Notes under the pieces: generated by a model
The model's input: only the letters and a program-made list of their open reading frames with translations
Databases searched by the model: none
What the model was told of the DNA's origin: nothing
Assembly: GCA_036340075.1 (NCBI GenBank)
Contig: JAYYZJ010000010.1
Span: forward strand, 1 to 21,170
Length of the DNA: 21,170 nucleotides
Direction of reading: 5' to 3'
Source of the DNA: Thermodesulfobacteriota bacterium
GTDB lineage: Bacteria; Desulfobacterota_D; UBA1144
Shown here: positions 17,073 through 21,170 of the stretch, piece after piece
Numbering within the stretch: position 1 is the first letter of the stretch
How the letters are laid out: each line of letters starts with the position of its first letter
Position numbers and translations under genes: made by a program

Positions 17073-17561
17073 GTGGCTAGAGTAGGAATAATTTGTGGTA
17101 GCGATTCAGATTTAGAGAAAGCCTCTGATGCATGCAAAATTCTCGACGAATTAGGTGTTGCTTATGATTTAAGAATTGCTTCGGCACATAGAACTCCAGA
17201 ACTTTTAGAAGAGTACATGAGCACAGCTGAGGAAAGAGGAGTTGAAGTAATAATAGCTGCTGCTGGTTGGGCTGCTCATTTACCAGGAGTGGTAGCGTCT
17301 TATACGACTTTACCCGTAATTGGCATACCAATAGATTCGTCTTGTCTTAATGGGATGGACTCGCTTCTTTCCATAGTTCAAATGCCTCCTGGAATACCTG
17401 TCGCCACAATGTCTATAGGAAAAGGCGGAGCAAGGAATGCTGGAATTTATGCAGCATCGATTCTTGCAATTAAATATCCTGAAATAAAAGAATCCTTAAA
17501 TAACTTTAGACAAAGCTTAAAAGATAAAGTTAAAAAAGCTGCTGAGAAACATAACAAATAA
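17073..17561 (+). CDS. purE: N5-CAIR mutase
   Basis: GSDSD, SAHRTP, AGWAAHLPG, PVIGIP, GMDSLLSIVQMPPGIPVAT. Confidence 0.97.
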   Translation: MARVGIICGSDSDLEKASDACKILDELGVAYDLRIASAHRTPELLEEYMSTAEERGVEVIIAAAGWAAHLPGVVASYTTLPVIGIPIDSSCLNGMDSLLSIVQMPPGIPVATMSIGKGGARNAGIYAASILAIKYPEIKESLNNFRQSLKDKVKKAAEKHNK

Positions 17562-17562
17562 G

Positions 17563-18189
17563 TTGGAATTAATAAATACCAATCAAGTTAACTATTTTTC
17601 ACTTTCCAATTCCATTAAAAATGGAAAAACTATTTGCTATCCTACAGAAACTCTCTATGGCTTAGGTTGCGCTATTGATAATGATCAGGCAATTGCGAAA
17701 CTTTATGAAATCAAATCAAGAGAAAAAGAAAAAAAATTTTCTATCTTATTTAAAGATATCAAAATGTTAGAAACATATTGTGAATTTAATGATACAGAGA
17801 AAGACTTAATTTTACATTTTATGCCAGGCCCTCTTTCAATGTTGCTTACAATAAGAGATAAAAATTTAATTAAAGATAGTTTAATAGGGTCAAATAACAA
17901 AATTAATTGTAGGGTTTCCTCTCATCCGTTTATTATTAATCTTTTTCAGCATCTAGATGTTCCTATAATATCAACTAGTGCTAACATTAGTGGAGAAAAG
18001 AATATGTTTACATTTAAAAAAATATATAATACATTCCATGATTTAGTAGATATAATCATTGATGATGGCAATATAAAAAGCTCATCAGGTTCAACGATTA
18101 TAGAGTTAAATGGTAAAGAAATAAAAATAATAAGAGAAGGCGATATTAAAGAAAAAGATATAATGGTTTTTCTTCATGGCAGAAATTAA
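17563..18189 (+). CDS. tsaC: L-threonylcarbamoyladenylate synthase (TsaC/YrdC)
   Basis: YPTETLYGLG, KSR, PGPLS, STSANISG, STII. Confidence 0.92.
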   Translation: MELINTNQVNYFSLSNSIKNGKTICYPTETLYGLGCAIDNDQAIAKLYEIKSREKEKKFSILFKDIKMLETYCEFNDTEKDLILHFMPGPLSMLLTIRDKNLIKDSLIGSNNKINCRVSSHPFIINLFQHLDVPIISTSANISGEKNMFTFKKIYNTFHDLVDIIIDDGNIKSSSGSTIIELNGKEIKIIREGDIKEKDIMVFLHGRN

Positions 18190-19363
18190 ATCTTTTAAAG
18201 CACTTAGATATAATTCAGAGACTATAGATGACATAAGTACTGTAATAGCTCCACCTTATGATGTAATCAACAAAGAGCAACAAGAAAGTCTGTATGAGTT
18301 AAATGAAAAAAATGTAATCAGGATTGATTTAAATAAAGAGCCTGGTGATAAAAAATACGAGACTGCAAGAATTATTTTTGAAGCCTGGCAGAATGAAAAT
18401 CTCTTAGTTAGTGAAACTGAGGAATCTATTTATCCATACTATCAAAAATTTAATTACGAAGATAACGAGCATGAACGTATCGGTATAGTAGCACTTGTAA
18501 AGCTACACGAATTTGAGGACAAAATAATTCTCCCTCATGAAGAAACATTCAGCGGCCCCAAAGAAGACAGACTAAAGCTAATGAAAGCATGTAGGGCTAA
18601 TTTAAGTCCTATATTTGGTGTATTTGAAGATTCTAATGATTTAATTCAAAGAACTATAATCGATTTTATTGCTTCAAATAAACCAATTATAGAAGCTGAA
18701 TCCTTAGACGGCATACTGAATAAAATTTGGAAAATTACTGATAAAAATATAATTGCTGATATTGCGTCCTCTTTTGCTGAGAAACAAATTCTAATTGCTG
18801 ATGGTCATCATAGATACGAAACTTCACTAAATCTAAACAAAGAATTTAAAACTCCTCAAAGTGAATTTACCATGTTTTATTTGGCCCCATCAAACCAAAA
18901 GGGCTTGCTAATTAATCCAACTCATAGGGTTCTAAATAATGTTAAAGATTTTGATCCAATCTATAGTTCAATTAAAGATAATTTTATAGTAGAAAATTGC
19001 GATAAGATTAACGAAAAAGATTTGGCGCCGAACGAATTCTTTGTGGTTTACAAAAAAAGCAATGTACTTATTAAATGCAAAATAAAAAACAAAGATTTAG
19101 ATAAATTTTACAATATGAGTGTTTTTGCGGTTCAGAGCAACATTATGAATCCCTACAAAGATCTATATTCTGATATAAAATTTTTTAAAAATTTTGAGGA
19201 TACTAAAAGCTCTCTGAAAAATGACTCAGTAGGCTTGATTCTACCTAAATTTCTACCTCAAGACATAATGAATGTTGTTTTAAGTAACACAAAGATGCCT
19301 CAAAAATCCACATATTTTTATCCTAAAGTAGCAACAGGACTGTTATTTAACAAATTATATTAA
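18176..19363 (+). CDS. DUF1015 family protein
   Basis: APPYDVI, ILPHEET, NLSPIF, IADGHHRYET, PTHR, MPQKSTYFYPK. Confidence 0.9.
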   Translation: MAEIKSFKALRYNSETIDDISTVIAPPYDVINKEQQESLYELNEKNVIRIDLNKEPGDKKYETARIIFEAWQNENLLVSETEESIYPYYQKFNYEDNEHERIGIVALVKLHEFEDKIILPHEETFSGPKEDRLKLMKACRANLSPIFGVFEDSNDLIQRTIIDFIASNKPIIEAESLDGILNKIWKITDKNIIADIASSFAEKQILIADGHHRYETSLNLNKEFKTPQSEFTMFYLAPSNQKGLLINPTHRVLNNVKDFDPIYSSIKDNFIVENCDKINEKDLAPNEFFVVYKKSNVLIKCKIKNKDLDKFYNMSVFAVQSNIMNPYKDLYSDIKFFKNFEDTKSSLKNDSVGLILPKFLPQDIMNVVLSNTKMPQKSTYFYPKVATGLLFNKLY

Positions 19364-19392
19364 ACTTTTATAATGATTTATAATTCAATCTG

Positions 19393-21170
19393 ATGGATAG
19401 AAACAATATAAGAAATTTTTCGATTATTGCTCACATTGATCATGGGAAATCTACACTTGCGGATAGGATTTTAGAAATCACGAAATCTGTGACCAAGAGA
19501 GATATGACAAATCAATTCTTGGATAATATGGACATAGAAAGAGAAAGAGGAATAACTATCAAATCACAATCAGTAAGAATTAGCTATAAGTTAGAAAATG
19601 AAGACTATGTATTTAACCTTATTGATACGCCTGGCCATGTTGATTTTAGCTATGAAGTATCAAGAAGTTTGATGGCATGTGAAGGAGTATTGTTGGTTGT
19701 TGACGCAACACAAGGAGTTGAGGCGCAAACTTTAGCTCATGCATTTTTGGCTGCAGATATGGGTTTAGAGATAATCCCGGTTATCAACAAAATAGATCTC
19801 CCAGCATCTGATCCAGAAAGAGTATGCAAAGAAATAGAAAGCACTATAGGCATTGATTGTAGTGATGCAATCATGGTAAGTGCTAAAACAGGAGAAGGCG
19901 TAGAGGATATTCTTAGAGAAGTCATCAATAAGATACCCTCTCCTAGAAAATCAAAAAATAATAATCTTAGAGCTTTAATAATTGATAGTTGGTTTGATTC
20001 CTTTTTAGGAGTAGTTCTTCTAGTAAGAATATTTGAAGGGGAAATTAAATTTGGAGAAAAAGTTAGATTGATGTCAACCAATAGAGATTATGAAGTTAAA
20101 AATTTAGGGATTTTTAATCCAAAACCAACAAACGTCTCCAAATTAAGTTCTGGGGAGGTTGGATTTGTTACTGCATCTATTAAAGAAATTAGTGATGCTA
20201 AAGTAGGAGATACCATTACTCAAAGCATAAAACCCGCAGATCACCCCTTAAAGGGATTCAAAGATATTAAACCAATGGTTTTTTGTGGACTATACCCTGT
20301 TGATACAAATTTTTACTCACAACTCAAAGAAGCGTTAGAAAAAATTGCCCTTAATGATGCTTCAATAAAATATGAACCAGAAACATCTGCTGCCTTGGGT
20401 TTTGGGTTCAGATGTGGCTTCCTGGGATTACTGCATATGGAGATAATCAAAGAAAGGCTTGAAAGAGAATTTAATTTGGTATTAATAGCAACTTCCCCAA
20501 CAGTTGTTTATGAAGTTGTTCAAACTAATGGAGAAAAGATTATAGTAGACAATCCAAGTTCTCTTCCTGAAAGAAGTAAGATTGAATCCATTATTGAACC
20601 TTTTGTGAATATTAGCTTACATTCACCTAAACGATTCCTTGGTGGCTTATTAGATTTATGTGAATCAAGGAGAGGGGTTCAAAAGAATATTAATTTTATC
20701 TCTGAAGATAGACTCATTTTGGAATATGAACTCCCTTTGTCAGAAATGATTTACGATTTTTATAATAAAGTAAAATCAATAACAAAGGGTTATTGCTCAA
20801 TGGATTACGAGCCCTCAGAATCTAAAGAATCAGATTTAGTTAAATTAGATATTTTAATTAATGCTGAAATTGTAGATGCTTTATCAATTATTATTCATAA
20901 GAAGAATTCCTACTATAGAGGAAGAGATATAACAGAAAAATTGAAAGAGATAATACCTAGACAACAATTTGAAGTAGCAATTCAAGCTGCAATAGGAGCA
21001 AAAATTATAGCAAGAGAAACTGTTAAGGCATTTAGGAAAGATGTTACAGCGAAACTTTATGGTGGTGATGTAACAAGAAAAAATAAACTTTTAGATAAAC
21101 AAAAAGCAGGTAAAAAGAGAATGAAGAATGTGGGCAGTGTGGAAATACCACAAGAAGCTTTTATGGCTGT
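19393..21170 (+). CDS. lepA: Elongation factor 4 (LepA), 3' end beyond the window; absent from the supplied ORF track
   Basis: Translation from ATG 19393 gives [60 protein letters not shown] and, in the same frame, GGDVTRK..GKKRMK..EIPQEAF at the window edge. Confidence 0.97.
   Translation, partial: MDRNNIRNFSIIAHIDHGKSTLADRILEITKSVTKRDMTNQFLDNMDIERERGITIKSQSVRISYKLENEDYVFNLIDTPGHVDFSYEVSRSLMACEGVLLVVDATQGVEAQTLAHAFLAADMGLEIIPVINKIDLPASDPERVCKEIESTIGIDCSDAIMVSAKTGEGVEDILREVINKIPSPRKSKNNNLRALIIDSWFDSFLGVVLLVRIFEGEIKFGEKVRLMSTNRDYEVKNLGIFNPKPTNVSKLSSGEVGFVTASIKEISDAKVGDTITQSIKPADHPLKGFKDIKPMVFCGLYPVDTNFYSQLKEALEKIALNDASIKYEPETSAALGFGFRCGFLGLLHMEIIKERLEREFNLVLIATSPTVVYEVVQTNGEKIIVDNPSSLPERSKIESIIEPFVNISLHSPKRFLGGLLDLCESRRGVQKNINFISEDRLILEYELPLSEMIYDFYNKVKSITKGYCSMDYEPSESKESDLVKLDILINAEIVDALSIIIHKKNSYYRGRDITEKLKEIIPRQQFEVAIQAAIGAKIIARETVKAFRKDVTAKLYGGDVTRKNKLLDKQKAGKKRMKNVGSVEIPQEAFMA

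Noticed and set aside
17012..17137. N-terminal extension of the DUF3891 ORF overlapping purE head-to-head
   Set aside because: A good SD plus TTG at 17011 places the family motif near the N-terminus and removes the overlap

Overview
AT-rich, very compact bacterial chromosomal window made mostly of housekeeping genes, with no mobile elements or CRISPR. Order: guaA, guaB and a histone H1-like Lys/Ala-rich protein (-); moeB/moeZ (+); DUF805, tRNA-Leu(CAA) and a Nudix hydrolase (-); tRNA-Ser(GGA), a very short SRP RNA, dnaX, ybaB/ebfC and recR (+); etfB-etfA (+); murI (-); a small Cys4 protein and a 4-oxalocrotonate tautomerase family gene (+); two tandem ammonium transporters, each with its own sigma54 promoter and no adjacent glnK (-); a long-chain acyl-CoA ligase (+); DUF3891 (-); purE, tsaC, DUF1015 and lepA (+, running off the window end). 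The most notable signals are in non-coding or recoding features: (1) the 3' UTR of the upstream amt carries a hairpin/anti-SD/terminator element complementary to the ribosome-binding site of the downstream amt; (2) dnaX has an A10 tract at the expected tau/gamma junction with nearby stops in both shifted frames; (3) guaB appears to start at an ATA codon; (4) the SRP RNA is minimal and abuts the dnaX start; (5) there is an unexplained structured element at about 11510-11565; (6) several genes look leaderless. All family assignments come from motif recognition by eye, not database searches.
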